A stretch of DNA of 64,000 bases from Ruminococcus sp. (GCA_017404665.1 JAFRBX010000076.1:52540-116539); one strand, 5' to 3'; shown: positions 29,484 to 39,061, counted from the first letter of the stretch. Numbers and translations: made by a program. Notes: generated by a model not told the origin, from the sequence alone.

Positions 29484-30377
29484 ATGAAACAATCAACAGG
29501 TATCATTATGAAAATCACAGGCGGCTTCTATTATGTGGAAGCCGCCGAAAGTGTATATGAGTGCAAAGCGCGCGGCGTATTCAGAAAACGCGGTATGACG
29601 CCGCTGGTGGGAGATATTGTTGACATTACGATCCCCGAGGACGGTTACTGTTCGATCGACCGGATCCAAGACCGCCGCAACGCTTTGGTGCGTCCGGCGC
29701 TTGCCAATCTGGATAATCTGATGATCATCAGCTCCGTCAAAGAGCCGGACGTCAATCTTTATCTGATCGACAAAATGACTGCTGCGGCGGTGAATAAGGG
29801 CATCACGCCGATCGTTGTATTTACCAAAAGCGATCTGGCGCCGGTCGATGACCTTGTTGACATCTATCGCAGCGTCAATATCCCCGCCTTTGAGTTTTCG
29901 ACGGTCGATAATCGGGGGTTGGAGGATATCAAAGCTGTATTAAAGGATAAGGTGACAGCGTTCTGCGGCAATTCGGGAGTCGGCAAAAGCTCGCTGCTCA
30001 ATGCTTTGTTCCCTGAGCTCGGGCTTCAGACCGGCATGATCAGTGAAAAGCTCGGCAGAGGCAGACATACGACCCGTACCGTTGAGCTGTTCAAAAAGCA
30101 CGGCGGTTATATCGCCGATACACCCGGCTTTTCCACGGTTGATATCGAACGCTTTGAGCTGATCCGAAAGGATGAGCTGAAATTTGCCTTTCCGGAGTTT
30201 GACGAATACTTCGGTACCTGTCAGTTCAATTCCTGCAACCATGTGTGCGAGAAGGGCTGCCGGGTATTGAAAGCCGTCAGCGACGGCGTGCTCCCGCAAT
30301 CCCGCCATGACAGCTACGTGCGGATGTACAACGAGGTCAAGGACATCAAAGAATGGCAGATCAACAGCACCAAATAA
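29484..30377 (+). CDS. rsgA: Ribosome small-subunit-dependent GTPase A
   Basis: TKSD, GNSGVGKSS, GRHTT, DTPGF, CQFNSCNH...GC. Confidence 0.95.
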   Translation: MKQSTGIIMKITGGFYYVEAAESVYECKARGVFRKRGMTPLVGDIVDITIPEDGYCSIDRIQDRRNALVRPALANLDNLMIISSVKEPDVNLYLIDKMTAAAVNKGITPIVVFTKSDLAPVDDLVDIYRSVNIPAFEFSTVDNRGLEDIKAVLKDKVTAFCGNSGVGKSSLLNALFPELGLQTGMISEKLGRGRHTTRTVELFKKHGGYIADTPGFSTVDIERFELIRKDELKFAFPEFDEYFGTCQFNSCNHVCEKGCRVLKAVSDGVLPQSRHDSYVRMYNEVKDIKEWQINSTK

Positions 30378-30381
30378 AGAT

Positions 30382-30414
30382 ACCTCGTGCTCAAAACAAG
30401 AGTACGAGGTTTTT
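30382..30414 (+). terminator. Intrinsic terminator after rsgA
   Basis: ACCTCGTGCTC...GAGTACGAGGT followed by a T run. Confidence 0.7.
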
Positions 30415-30454
30415 ATTAATTCTATTAGTCATTTTGAGGGGCACAAAAGATAAG

Positions 30455-30527
30455 GTTGAGATTGCCGCGTCTGAACCATGTTCCTCCTCGCAATGACGAT
30501 CTGAAATGCGCCCGCGGCAATCTCAAC
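30455..30527. repeat. REP family A cluster (minus copy plus extra right arm)
   Basis: GTTGAGATTGCCGCG...CCTCGCAATGAC, then CGCGGCAATCTCAAC. Confidence 0.8.
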
Positions 30528-30656
30528 CGATAAAAAGGGTCAAATATCCCGCTGCTTGCATCGATAGAGCCCGCAGAGGAGGCGTTACTCACTTTGGCTG
30601 AAAATTTGTCTGTGATGCAGCGATGACGCTGCAAACCGCTCTCCTGCAAGAGGTGT

Positions 30657-31232
30657 TTATCCGTCATACACCTCCGGGCAAATCTCTTTTATTTTCTCTC
30701 TGAGAATTAAAAAGTCATTGAACGCTCCTTCCATCTGGCTTTGGTTTCTCAGCAACGCTGCCGGATGGAGCATCGGCATCATATAGATCCCCTTGCGCAC
30801 GATAAACGTGCCGTGCTCGCGGGTGATGCGCAGGTCGGGTTTGATCAGCTTCATGCCCGCGATCCTGCCGAGAGTGACGATGATCTTCGGGCGGATCAGC
30901 CGCGTCTGCTCCCTGAGATACCCGATGCAGGCGTCCTGCTCGTCCTCCTGAGGGTCGCGGTTGCGCGGCGGGCGGCATTTGACGATGTTGGTGATGTAGA
31001 CGTTCCGGTGACGGTCGAGATCAACGGCATAGAGCATTTTATCCAATAATTGTCCCGCTCTGCCGACGAACGGCTCGCCCTGTATATCCTCCTGCTCGCC
31101 CGGTCCCTCGCCGATGAACAGGATGCGCGCATCCCGTTTTCCTACTCCGAATACCACGTTATGCCTGCTTTCACAAAGACGACAGTTGTGACAATTCAGA
31201 CATTTGTGTTCAATTTCCTGCCAAGTGCTCAA
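30657..31232 (-). CDS. Family 4 uracil-DNA glycosylase (Fe-S)
   Basis: CHNCRLC, IGEGPG, GEPFVG, VKCRPP, HPAALL. Confidence 0.92.
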   Translation of the reverse strand: MSTWQEIEHKCLNCHNCRLCESRHNVVFGVGKRDARILFIGEGPGEQEDIQGEPFVGRAGQLLDKMLYAVDLDRHRNVYITNIVKCRPPRNRDPQEDEQDACIGYLREQTRLIRPKIIVTLGRIAGMKLIKPDLRITREHGTFIVRKGIYMMPMLHPAALLRNQSQMEGAFNDFLILREKIKEICPEVYDG

Positions 31233-31260
31233 ATTAATTCACCTTTATTTCTGTTAGATG

Positions 31261-31289
31261 TTGAAATCTGGTTGATGATGTTGTAAAAT
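31261..31289 (+). promoter_or_regulatory. sigma-A promoter of pduL
   Basis: TTGAAA-N17-TAAAAT. Confidence 0.55.
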
Positions 31290-31333
31290 AGTGGTATCCA
31301 AATGGAATACTATTATGTTAGGTGGTAATGATT

Positions 31334-31906
31334 ATGAAAACAACCATTATGGTAGAGACCTCCGCTCACCATCTCCATGTGACTGCCGAGACCTTCGCGA
31401 CCCTTTACGGCGAGGGCAAGACCCTGACCAACAAGAAGGATCTTTCTCAGCCCGGTCAGTTTGCCTGCGCAGAGAAGGTGACCGTCGTCGGTCCCAAGGG
31501 TGAGATCACCATGTCCATCTTAGGACCCTTCCGTCCCGAGGATCAGGTGGAGATCTCCATGACCGAGACGCGTAAGCTCGGCGTTGTCGGCGTCATCCGC
31601 GAATCCGGTGATCTTGCCGGTACCCCCGGCTGCATCCTGCGCGGACCCGAGGGCGAGGTCGAAATCGATCACGGCGTCATCGTTGCGAAGCGTCATATCC
31701 ATATGACTCCCGAAAGCGCCGCCGAGTACGGTGTTGAGGATAAGCAGATCGTGAAGGTCGCTGTCGGCGACAACGGCAGAAAGGTCATCTTTGACGACTG
31801 CATCGTTCGCGTATCGCCCAAGTATTTCCCCGCTGTTCACCTCGATACCGATGAAGCGAACGCGGCAGGCTTGATGGGTACCGTTGACGGTGAGATTATC
31901 CTGTAA
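31334..31906 (+). CDS. pduL: PduL-type phosphate acyltransferase
   Basis: LSQPGQFA, LGPFRPEDQVEIS, GVIVAKRHIHM, HLDTDEANAAG. Confidence 0.9.
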   Translation: MKTTIMVETSAHHLHVTAETFATLYGEGKTLTNKKDLSQPGQFACAEKVTVVGPKGEITMSILGPFRPEDQVEISMTETRKLGVVGVIRESGDLAGTPGCILRGPEGEVEIDHGVIVAKRHIHMTPESAAEYGVEDKQIVKVAVGDNGRKVIFDDCIVRVSPKYFPAVHLDTDEANAAGLMGTVDGEIIL

Positions 31907-31970
31907 AAAATCAAGCAAACGTTTATCACGCCCCCTCGTCAGAGGGGGCTCATTCAGTTGATCAGTGAAT

Positions 31971-33854
31971 CTATCCGATATACTCCACATCCTCCATATC
32001 CAGCTCGCTTGTATTCCTCGCGGGCTTTGCGAGGGGGATAGGGGACTTCGCGAAAAATACGACGTCGCCGAGCGGAACGGAAACATAGTGCCAGCCTTTG
32101 CATAATTCTACTGTGGAAATACCCCCGCCGTGCATGCGTATCTGCGTCATCTTCTCCGGCAGATAAACATTCCGCGCATCCGCGTTCTGTCGATAGATCG
32201 GAGCAATCATTACGCTCTCGCCGACCATCAGCTGATCCTCGATCCGAGCGGCAGTTTCGTCATCCTCATAGTCGAATACAAGCGGACGGAAGAACATCGC
32301 GTCATTTTCGACCGCTTTGAGGAACTCGCTATACAGATAGGGGATCAGGCGGTATCTCAGCCCAATAATATGGCGGAACACCTCGGTATCGCCGAACGCG
32401 AACGCCTCCTGACTGCGCGTGCCGAAGGCGGAGTGGTCGCGCATCAGCGGTGTGAACACAGCGAAGCTCATCCAGCGGATCAGCAGATCGCGCGTACAGT
32501 TGCCGTTGAAGCCGCCGATATCGCTGCCGCTGTACAGAAAGCCGCACATATTCAGCCCGGGCATTTGCTGCAGGCTCTGCAGAATATGGCTCCACCATGC
32601 GTGATTGTCGCCCGTCCATACGCCGCCGTACCGGTGCGCGCCGATGTACGACGCACGCGAGAATAGCAGCGGCGGCTCATCCCTCAGCTCACACAGCGCT
32701 TCATAGGCACTCTGCGTCATCTTGCAGCCGTACAGGTTATGGACGTCATAGTGCCTGAACCGTCCCTCGGGCGTATTGTGGTAAAAGCTTTTGTAGTCAT
32801 CCGGCGCGTTTTGCAGACGCGCAAAGGTATCTCTCGCGCCGAAAAAGCTCAGCGCGTCAAGACGCGAGCCGTCCATTTCTTGGACGGAATGGATCGCGTG
32901 ATCAAGACCCTTTTCGCTGTAGAACAGAGCGGGCTCGTTCATATCGTTCCAGAAGCCCTCGATACCGAGATCGGTCAGGGCTTTATACTGCATGCCGAAC
33001 CAGCGTGACGCTTCGGAATTGAGAAAGTCAGGCAGGACGCTTTTGCCCGGCCATACGCCGACGACATAGTCATTACCGTTCTCATCCTTGCAGAAATATC
33101 CCTTTTCAAGCCCCTCGTCGTAAACGGCATAGCCTTTTTCCTTTTTGACGGCTGCGTCGATGATCGGGATCAGACGTATCCCGCGGTCTTTCATCTTTAG
33201 TGCAAAGCCCTTGAGGTCGGGAAAACGCTCGGGGTGGACGGAAAAGTCCTTGAAGCTGTCCATGTAGTCGATATCCAGATAGATCATATCGATGGGGATG
33301 CCGGCTTGCTGATAGCTGTCGGCGCAGCTTTCGATGTCGTTCTGACACGCGTAGCCCCAGCGGCTCTGACCGAAACCGAACGCCCACAGCGGCGGGATAT
33401 AGCTTTTGCCGATCAAGGAGCGGAATTCGCCGACGATCTCCTTCAGGCTGTCGCCCGTGATGATATACAGATCGAGTGCAAAACGCTCGGGTGTGATCAC
33501 GATCTTGTCGCTGTCGGTATAGCCGAGGTCAAAGGTGATCCTGCCCGGAAGATCAAAGAACGCGCCGAAGCGTTCTTTACCGTCCACGAGGATGAAGTTA
33601 TGCGCACCGTAGACAGAGCGCTTGTCCTCGGTGTGAAAGGGCTCGTCGGTGCAGAAGCTCTCATAGATCCAGCCGCGCTTGTTGATGCCGCGCACGGTCT
33701 CTCCGAGACCGAACACGCGTGTTTCTTTATCCATCTTCAAGGTGAATGACTGTTCAAAAAGCGCAAAGGGCAGGGGAGTCCCTTCGGTTGCCGGCAGCTC
33801 TTTGACGACCGCTCCTGTGTGGATAAAAGGGGAAAAATCGTACCGTTTTATCAT
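31971..33854 (-). CDS. GH31 alpha-glucosidase
   Basis: PPLWAFGFGQSRWGY, LDIDYM, GFWNDMNEP nucleophile, WTGDN, GSDIGGF. Confidence 0.92.
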   Translation of the reverse strand: MIKRYDFSPFIHTGAVVKELPATEGTPLPFALFEQSFTLKMDKETRVFGLGETVRGINKRGWIYESFCTDEPFHTEDKRSVYGAHNFILVDGKERFGAFFDLPGRITFDLGYTDSDKIVITPERFALDLYIITGDSLKEIVGEFRSLIGKSYIPPLWAFGFGQSRWGYACQNDIESCADSYQQAGIPIDMIYLDIDYMDSFKDFSVHPERFPDLKGFALKMKDRGIRLIPIIDAAVKKEKGYAVYDEGLEKGYFCKDENGNDYVVGVWPGKSVLPDFLNSEASRWFGMQYKALTDLGIEGFWNDMNEPALFYSEKGLDHAIHSVQEMDGSRLDALSFFGARDTFARLQNAPDDYKSFYHNTPEGRFRHYDVHNLYGCKMTQSAYEALCELRDEPPLLFSRASYIGAHRYGGVWTGDNHAWWSHILQSLQQMPGLNMCGFLYSGSDIGGFNGNCTRDLLIRWMSFAVFTPLMRDHSAFGTRSQEAFAFGDTEVFRHIIGLRYRLIPYLYSEFLKAVENDAMFFRPLVFDYEDDETAARIEDQLMVGESVMIAPIYRQNADARNVYLPEKMTQIRMHGGGISTVELCKGWHYVSVPLGDVVFFAKSPIPLAKPARNTSELDMEDVEYIG

Positions 33855-34034
33855 ATGATTACCTCGCACTTGATTTTTTTTGCAGATAGTGTATAATATA
33901 TTAGTTAGCGGAGAATGAATTTGCGGTTCCGCACAGCGATCCGTGATTTCTTTGATTAAAGTATATCATTCTTTCACGGGACTTACAATCTTTATTTTGC
34001 GGATTTTGTTGAAATACCGCACCGGAGGCAGAAC

Positions 34035-34895
34035 ATGAGCAACAAGGTTATCATCACATCGGATATCTCCTGCGATCTGAACTGGGATCTGGAGCAGCGC
34101 TACGGCGTCACTACTATCCCGCTCCATATCGTGATCGGCGGCAAAAGCTATGAGGATTGGGTCAATATTACGCCCGAGGAGCTGTACAAGATCTTCTACA
34201 AGACTAAGGAGCTGCCGCACACCACAGCCGGCAGCGTCGGTGAATACACCGATTTTTTCAAGCAGTTCACCGATAAGGGCTATGACGTGGTGCATCTGAG
34301 CCTCGGCTCCAAGCTGAGCGTCACCCATCAGAGCAGCGTTCTTGCCTCTCAGGAATTCCCCGGCAGAGTCTTTTCTGTCGACACCCAGAACCTCAGCTCC
34401 GGTTCGGGTCTGCTGGTCATCAAGGCTTGCGAGCTGCGTGATGAAGGACTGAGCGCAAAGGAGATTGCCGAGAAGGTCACCGCTATGGTGCCGCAGGCGC
34501 ATGCCTCGTTCGTGCTTGACCGTCTCGATTTCATGCACGCGGGCGGCAGATGCTCCGCGATCGCCATGCTGGGGGCGAACCTTTTAAGCCTCAAGCCCTC
34601 GATCGAGGTACATAACGATGACGGCGGTTCGATGGGCGTCGGCAAGAAGTACCGCGGCAAGTATGATAAGGTGCTGCTCCAGTATATGGAGGATACCCTC
34701 AATAAGTATGACAACATCGACACCGACCGTGTATTCATCACCCATGCCGGCGCCAATAAGGAATATGTCGACGCGGTGTACGCGGCGCTGAAGGCGAAGA
34801 ATATCTTCAAGGAGATCCACATCACCCGCGCGTCCTGCACGATCTCCAGCCATTGCGGACCCAATACCCTCGGCGTCCTGTTCATGACAAAATAA
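34035..34895 (+). CDS. DegV family fatty-acid-binding protein
   Basis: TSDISCD, TTAGS, LGSKLS, GGRC, LSLKP, ISSHCGPNTLG. Confidence 0.9.
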   Translation: MSNKVIITSDISCDLNWDLEQRYGVTTIPLHIVIGGKSYEDWVNITPEELYKIFYKTKELPHTTAGSVGEYTDFFKQFTDKGYDVVHLSLGSKLSVTHQSSVLASQEFPGRVFSVDTQNLSSGSGLLVIKACELRDEGLSAKEIAEKVTAMVPQAHASFVLDRLDFMHAGGRCSAIAMLGANLLSLKPSIEVHNDDGGSMGVGKKYRGKYDKVLLQYMEDTLNKYDNIDTDRVFITHAGANKEYVDAVYAALKAKNIFKEIHITRASCTISSHCGPNTLGVLFMTK

Positions 34896-34968
34896 GGACA
34901 CGTGTGCCTTTTTCTTGATCAATAAAACAGTATAGTGAGGACATGATCTTGCTGTTAGCAGTATAGCA

Positions 34969-35004
34969 AACCACCTGTCAGTACCGATGTACCGACAGGT
35001 GGTT
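34969..35004. terminator. Terminator between convergent degV and RAYT
   Basis: AACCACCTGTC...GACAGGTGGTT. Confidence 0.65.
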
Positions 35005-35190
35005 GTTTGATTTCATATCATATAGTATTTATCCTCCGCCCAGCGAGCAGGGTTGTTGTCGATGTATTGGTATATTTCGCGGTAGTCGCGTTCAGATCGG
35101 ATAACACGATCATAAAAGCGCGGGTGCCAAACAGAATGACCGATACGTTTTGAGATCGTGCCTTTTAGTTGTTGGATAATACGCGATATC

Positions 35191-35213
35191 GTAGGGACGA
35201 GCATTGCTCGTCC
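35191..35213 (+). repeat. GTAG-type REP inside the RAYT ORF
   Basis: GTAG-GGACGAGC-ATT-GCTCGTCC. Confidence 0.8.
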
Positions 35214-35358
35214 GTCGTCGCAGTAAAGAAAAAGCAAAAGATGAATATGGTTGGGCATGATGACGAAGTTGTCTATATGAACCGATGGAGATACAATTTC
35301 AATGTTACGGATGGCGTCCTCTGTGATACGTCCGTATTTTGTCAATATGACATCAGGC

Positions 35359-35381
35359 GGACGACCGATGGTCGTCCCTAC
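35359..35381 (-). repeat. GTAG-type REP inside the RAYT ORF, inverted relative to the first
   Basis: Minus strand GTAG-GGACGACC-ATC-GGTCGTCC. Confidence 0.8.
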
Positions 35382-35502
35382 GGAAATCTTAGATAATAAC
35401 GGTTTCCTGTTCTTGGTACATATCGTGATAAAATACGCCCCATTTGAGTTGTAATCATACTCCGGCATCCGAATTTGCTTTCTTATCTTGTATTCGTTTT
35501 TA

Positions 35503-36216
35503 TTATCCATATATCTTCTCATATATCGTCGTGACCGCCTCGTCGGATATGGTACATCCCAGCCGATACATCGGGACGGTCTCCACCAGTCTGCCGAGCA
35601 TATCGAGCAGCTTTGACAGCTGCGCTTTGTCGGAGGGGAGAACGGTTTGCTGCAGGATCAGCGTCAGCGCTTCGATCGGCGTGACGGCTTTTGCTTTGTT
35701 CTCGGGCGCCTGCGAGAGGAAGACGATCGCTCTGACGGGCGCACAGGTGTTGCAGCCGATGCCGTGCTTGCCGTTCCACGGCGAGCCGTAGATGACGAAT
35801 CTGCCGTCCTTTTCGCGCACCAGCGGCTTGTCGTCGTTGATCATCACGACTTCATCCCCGAAGTGCTTGCGCCACAGGGACGCGTGGGTGCTCTTGCCTG
35901 TGCCCGAAGGCGCGGTGAAGATGATCGCCTCATCCCTGAATCTCAGGCACGAGCAGTGCAGGAAGAAGCCACCTCTGTCGATGATGTAATCGCAGATGAC
36001 GCGCAGGATGGCGACACACTCGCAGATGTACATACTGCTCTGATAACCGTGGATCTCTTCGCCCAGCTCCAGCTCATGACGTATCATTTCCTCCGTCGGC
36101 TCGATGTACAGCTCATATTCCTCGCTGTCGGTCAGATAATCCTGCATATAACGATAAGTTTCTTCATAGCGCGCCTGTACGGCGATATTCATTTCAGCGA
36201 TGCGATAGATGTTCAT
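35503..36216 (-). CDS. HPr-kinase-like P-loop protein (ScmC-like; type usually found with PqqD cassettes)
   Basis: FLHCSCL, FTAPSGTGKSTH, INDDKP, YGSPWNG, AIVFLSQ. Confidence 0.7.
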   Translation of the reverse strand: MNIYRIAEMNIAVQARYEETYRYMQDYLTDSEEYELYIEPTEEMIRHELELGEEIHGYQSSMYICECVAILRVICDYIIDRGGFFLHCSCLRFRDEAIIFTAPSGTGKSTHASLWRKHFGDEVVMINDDKPLVREKDGRFVIYGSPWNGKHGIGCNTCAPVRAIVFLSQAPENKAKAVTPIEALTLILQQTVLPSDKAQLSKLLDMLGRLVETVPMYRLGCTISDEAVTTIYEKIYG

Positions 36217-36235
36217 GAATTTGTCTCCGATTACA

Positions 36236-36907
36236 TTATTTCTTCTTAATTATAACATAAGAATAAATAGTTGCAACCGTTAAAGATACAATCAACGAAA
36301 TAATCATGCCGAAAAGGTAGGCGCTGCTGCGGAATACCAGACCGCATATAACGGTCACGACGCCTGACAGCACCATCGCAATCCCGCCGGCGCGGTTGGC
36401 GATGTACCAGTGCTCGTCGGTATCCATGCTCCAGCTCAGACGCATGCCGACAAAGGAATTTGGCTTTGTTTTCGGCATGATGTTGCCGATGACGATGAAC
36501 ATGATCCCGATGATCGTCGCGATGATGGGGAAGATGACGTTTTCCGTATTCTTCATCATTTCGGGATTTTTCATCAGGAACAGCACCATCACGCACAGCG
36601 CGTTGTATAGGACAAGCATCGACAGGAGAACAGTGTCGATGATATCGAAGTTCCGCTCGGTGCGGCTGTTTTCGTCGGTAGAGGAACGCAATGCGAATTT
36701 TCTGATGCATACATATACAAGATAAACGACCAGACAGAATGCCGGAAGGAGAAAGGCTTCATACTTGGAGCCGTAGCGATTGGGTGTTCCGTCAGCGCCG
36801 AAATGTGCCGCCACGGTGTCGGGCAGGAAGAAGAATACGGCGATGGATGTGTAGACGACGGGCAATACTGCCGCGAGAAATATCAAGATTTGCTTGAATC
36901 TTTTCAT
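36236..36907 (-). CDS. sdpI: SdpI/DUF1648 family membrane immunity protein
   Basis: LPDTVAAHFGADGTPNRYGSK, GNIMPKTKPNSFVGMR...W..AN. Confidence 0.8.
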   Translation of the reverse strand: MKRFKQILIFLAAVLPVVYTSIAVFFFLPDTVAAHFGADGTPNRYGSKYEAFLLPAFCLVVYLVYVCIRKFALRSSTDENSRTERNFDIIDTVLLSMLVLYNALCVMVLFLMKNPEMMKNTENVIFPIIATIIGIMFIVIGNIMPKTKPNSFVGMRLSWSMDTDEHWYIANRAGGIAMVLSGVVTVICGLVFRSSAYLFGMIISLIVSLTVATIYSYVIIKKK

Positions 36908-36988
36908 AATAATACAATACCTCCTATTAACATTATCTGAAAGAATAAAATTTGTTTGAGTTTATGAGAAAGAAATAGGCACACGTGC

Positions 36989-37246
36989 CTAAAATTGCTT
37001 GAGCCACAGGATCAGTTCGTCAAATAATGAAGCGTTGAGCTCATAGTAGACAAAGTTCTTTTCCTTGCTTTCTATCAGCAGATCGCTCTCCTTGAGCAGC
37101 TTCAGGTGATAGCTCAGCTTCTGCGGTGAAATGCCCAGCGCTTCGGCGATCTCACCCGCAGACATGCGGTAATTCTTCTTGATCAGCGTCAGGATATCTC
37201 TGCGCTGTGGGTCGGACAGGGTCTTCAAGGTTTTACCCAATGACAT
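36989..37246 (-). CDS. sdpR: ArsR/SdpR family autorepressor
   Basis: LKTLSDPQRRDIL, MSAGEIA, LSYHLKLLK, KEKNFVYYELN; directly upstream of sdpI. Confidence 0.8.
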   Translation of the reverse strand: MSLGKTLKTLSDPQRRDILTLIKKNYRMSAGEIAEALGISPQKLSYHLKLLKESDLLIESKEKNFVYYELNASLFDELILWLKQF

Positions 37247-37257
37247 AACCTCACCTC

Positions 37258-37348
37258 TATTTCAAAAAGTTTTTAAATAGCTATTTGTCCGTATTATAAT
37301 ACCCACCATTCGATTTGTCAACAGGTATTTCAAAAATATTTTAAATAG
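37258..37348 (-). promoter_or_regulatory. sdpR promoter flanked by two operator-like quasi-palindromes
   Basis: TTGACA(37321-37316)-N17-TATAAT(37298-37293); TATTTCAAAAAGTTTTTAAATAG at 37258-37280 and TATTTCAAAAATATTTTAAATAG at 37326-37348. Confidence 0.75.
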
Positions 37349-37362
37349 ATTTATAAATTTTT

Positions 37363-37469
37363 GTCATTCCGAGGCTCACTATGTGAGCCGTGGGAATCCC
37401 ACAAGGATGAGAAGAAACGTAGGATGATCGCTTTGTGGGATTACCACGGGCTAAAGCCCTCGCAATGAC
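37363..37469. repeat. REP family A inverted doublet
   Basis: GTCATTCCGAGG...CCGTGGGAATCCCACAA // TTGTGGGATTACCACGG...CTCGCAATGAC. Confidence 0.8.
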
Positions 37470-37494
37470 ATGTGATTAGTCAGTGTTTCGTTTT

Positions 37495-38574
37495 CTAATA
37501 CGGTACCAGAATATTGACCGCGACCGCCGCCGCCAGTATCAGGCAGTCCATCACGATACAGGGGATTAGCGGCAGCTTGTTGATCAAAGCCTGCAGTTTG
37601 TTCAGCGGCAGGCTGAAGACCCTCAGTGCCAGCAAAAAGGCGGCGATGACCGCGATCGTGATGACCGTGAACTTCCACAGCGGATCGCCCAGCGGCAGCA
37701 GCAGATCGAATGCGCCGACGTGCCACAGCAGCAGCACCAGCGGATAATGCCAGAACAGCACGCCCAGCGTGTTGCGGCCCATGTGTGTGAGGATGGGCAC
37801 CTTGCGGTTGGGGATGCAGGCGATCACCGAGATGATCATGACCGCGGAAATACCGTAGCACAGCATGCGGTGATAGAAGGTGCAGCCCTCGATCGGGACG
37901 ATGCTGTAGGGATTGCGCCCCGTGAACAGCATGCGCAGGGGATAGATAATCTCTCTTTCCCGAAAGCACAGTACAAAGTAGACGAGCAGGAACGCCGCAC
38001 CCGCTAATTTGACGTTGACCTTGTGCGAGAATTTGCGCACTCTGGCAGGCGTCAGGTAGTACCCCGCCGCGTAGAACGGCAGGAACACAAAGTAGCGCAT
38101 GAGGTAAAACTCGTCGCCCAGTGGCAGAAAGCCCGCAGCGACGCCCAATATCACCGAACCGATCAGCACGATATAGCGGTGAACACCCCTGAGCAGATAC
38201 AGCGTGACGGTAAACATTACGATCACAAAGAAGTACCATTCGATAGTAGCGCCGCCGAACATATCCAGTCCGACGTCCTCGCCGTTCCACCGCCGCAGCA
38301 GAAAGATGGCGAGCTTCAGGATGTATCCGAGTATCAGATAACAGCTGATCTTGTGCAAATCGGGGCGCTGATCCTTATGGAATTCCTTGTGGAACAGACC
38401 GCTGAGAAAAATGTACAGCGGAGCCGTAAAGGAGTTGACGAAAATAAACCACGAGCGGAACATATCGCTGCGGTCAGTGAACTCCTCCGCGAAGCTGCCG
38501 ACCACCACCAGTGTGACGACAAGCAGCTTCACCGTATCATATTTGAAGATGCGCGGTCTGTCCAGTTCGTTCAT
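37495..38574 (-). CDS. Acyltransferase family 3 (O-acyltransferase) membrane protein
   Basis: R..KYDTVK..LVV.G, F.APLYIFLSGLF, EWYFF, MGRNTLGV..WH; highly hydrophobic. Confidence 0.8.
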   Translation of the reverse strand: MNELDRPRIFKYDTVKLLVVTLVVVGSFAEEFTDRSDMFRSWFIFVNSFTAPLYIFLSGLFHKEFHKDQRPDLHKISCYLILGYILKLAIFLLRRWNGEDVGLDMFGGATIEWYFFVIVMFTVTLYLLRGVHRYIVLIGSVILGVAAGFLPLGDEFYLMRYFVFLPFYAAGYYLTPARVRKFSHKVNVKLAGAAFLLVYFVLCFREREIIYPLRMLFTGRNPYSIVPIEGCTFYHRMLCYGISAVMIISVIACIPNRKVPILTHMGRNTLGVLFWHYPLVLLLWHVGAFDLLLPLGDPLWKFTVITIAVIAAFLLALRVFSLPLNKLQALINKLPLIPCIVMDCLILAAAVAVNILVPY

Positions 38575-38721
38575 CTTTTTCTCCGTTAACTGTCACAATG
38601 ATACATCGGAATATGCTGATACTTCCATGTATATGAACCTTCTATTCGGATTATACTGAACTTGTCGGAAAAAGTCAATAATAACGCGCGCGTCCGGCGT
38701 GCCGGTTTTCTTTTACCGATA

Positions 38722-38770
38722 GTCATTGCGAAGCCCGAAAACGCGTTTTCGGGGCTGTGGCAATCACAAC
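38722..38770 (+). repeat. REP family A copy
   Basis: GTCATTGCGAAGCCCGAAAACGCGTTTTCGGGGCTGTGGCAATCACAAC. Confidence 0.8.
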
Positions 38771-38859
38771 TGATAAAACCGCACACGTCAATCTGATCCT
38801 GAAAAAGAAATGTAACACATATAACAAAGCAGTATTAATAATTCAAAAGAAACGTAAAG

Positions 38860-38990
38860 TCTCCCCTGCGTAAGGAAAGATACAGAGGGGTCGCCCCGGC
38901 AGAATCGAATCATGTCAGATGATTTCTATTCGTTCCTGCCATGTCGACCCTCCCGGTGCTTCGCACCACCCTCCCTTACGCAGGGAGGAC
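38860..38990. repeat. Composite inverted element of REP family B
   Basis: Left TCCCCTGCGTAAGG...GAGGGGTCG; right CGACCCTCCCGGTGCTTCGCACCACCCTCCCTTACGCAGGGAGG; inner arms GGCAG...CTGCC. Confidence 0.65.
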
Positions 38991-39061
38991 TGTAACTGCT
39001 CCTTTATAAGTTACAATAAGATTACTAAATTAGATTCACGTGTAAAACCGCATTTCCGTTA

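Larger units (their letters stand above)
35013..35510 (-). mobile_element. REP-associated tyrosine transposase (RAYT / Y1 HUH family)
   Basis: YDYNSNGAYFITICTKNR, FVIMPNHIHLL (HUH), WHPRFYDRVIR, YIDNNP (catalytic Tyr). Confidence 0.88.

Noticed and set aside
32015-32050. Hairpin CCTCGCGGGCTTTGCGAGG resembling a REP
   Set aside because: It lies in the GH31 coding end and lacks the conserved ends of families A or B.
33900-34030. ~130-nt leader before degV as a possible riboswitch
   Set aside because: No terminator or recognisable aptamer consensus seen.
35013-35510. IS200/IS605 insertion sequence
   Set aside because: No tnpB and no subterminal hairpin ends; the motif pattern and GTAG-REPs fit RAYT better.
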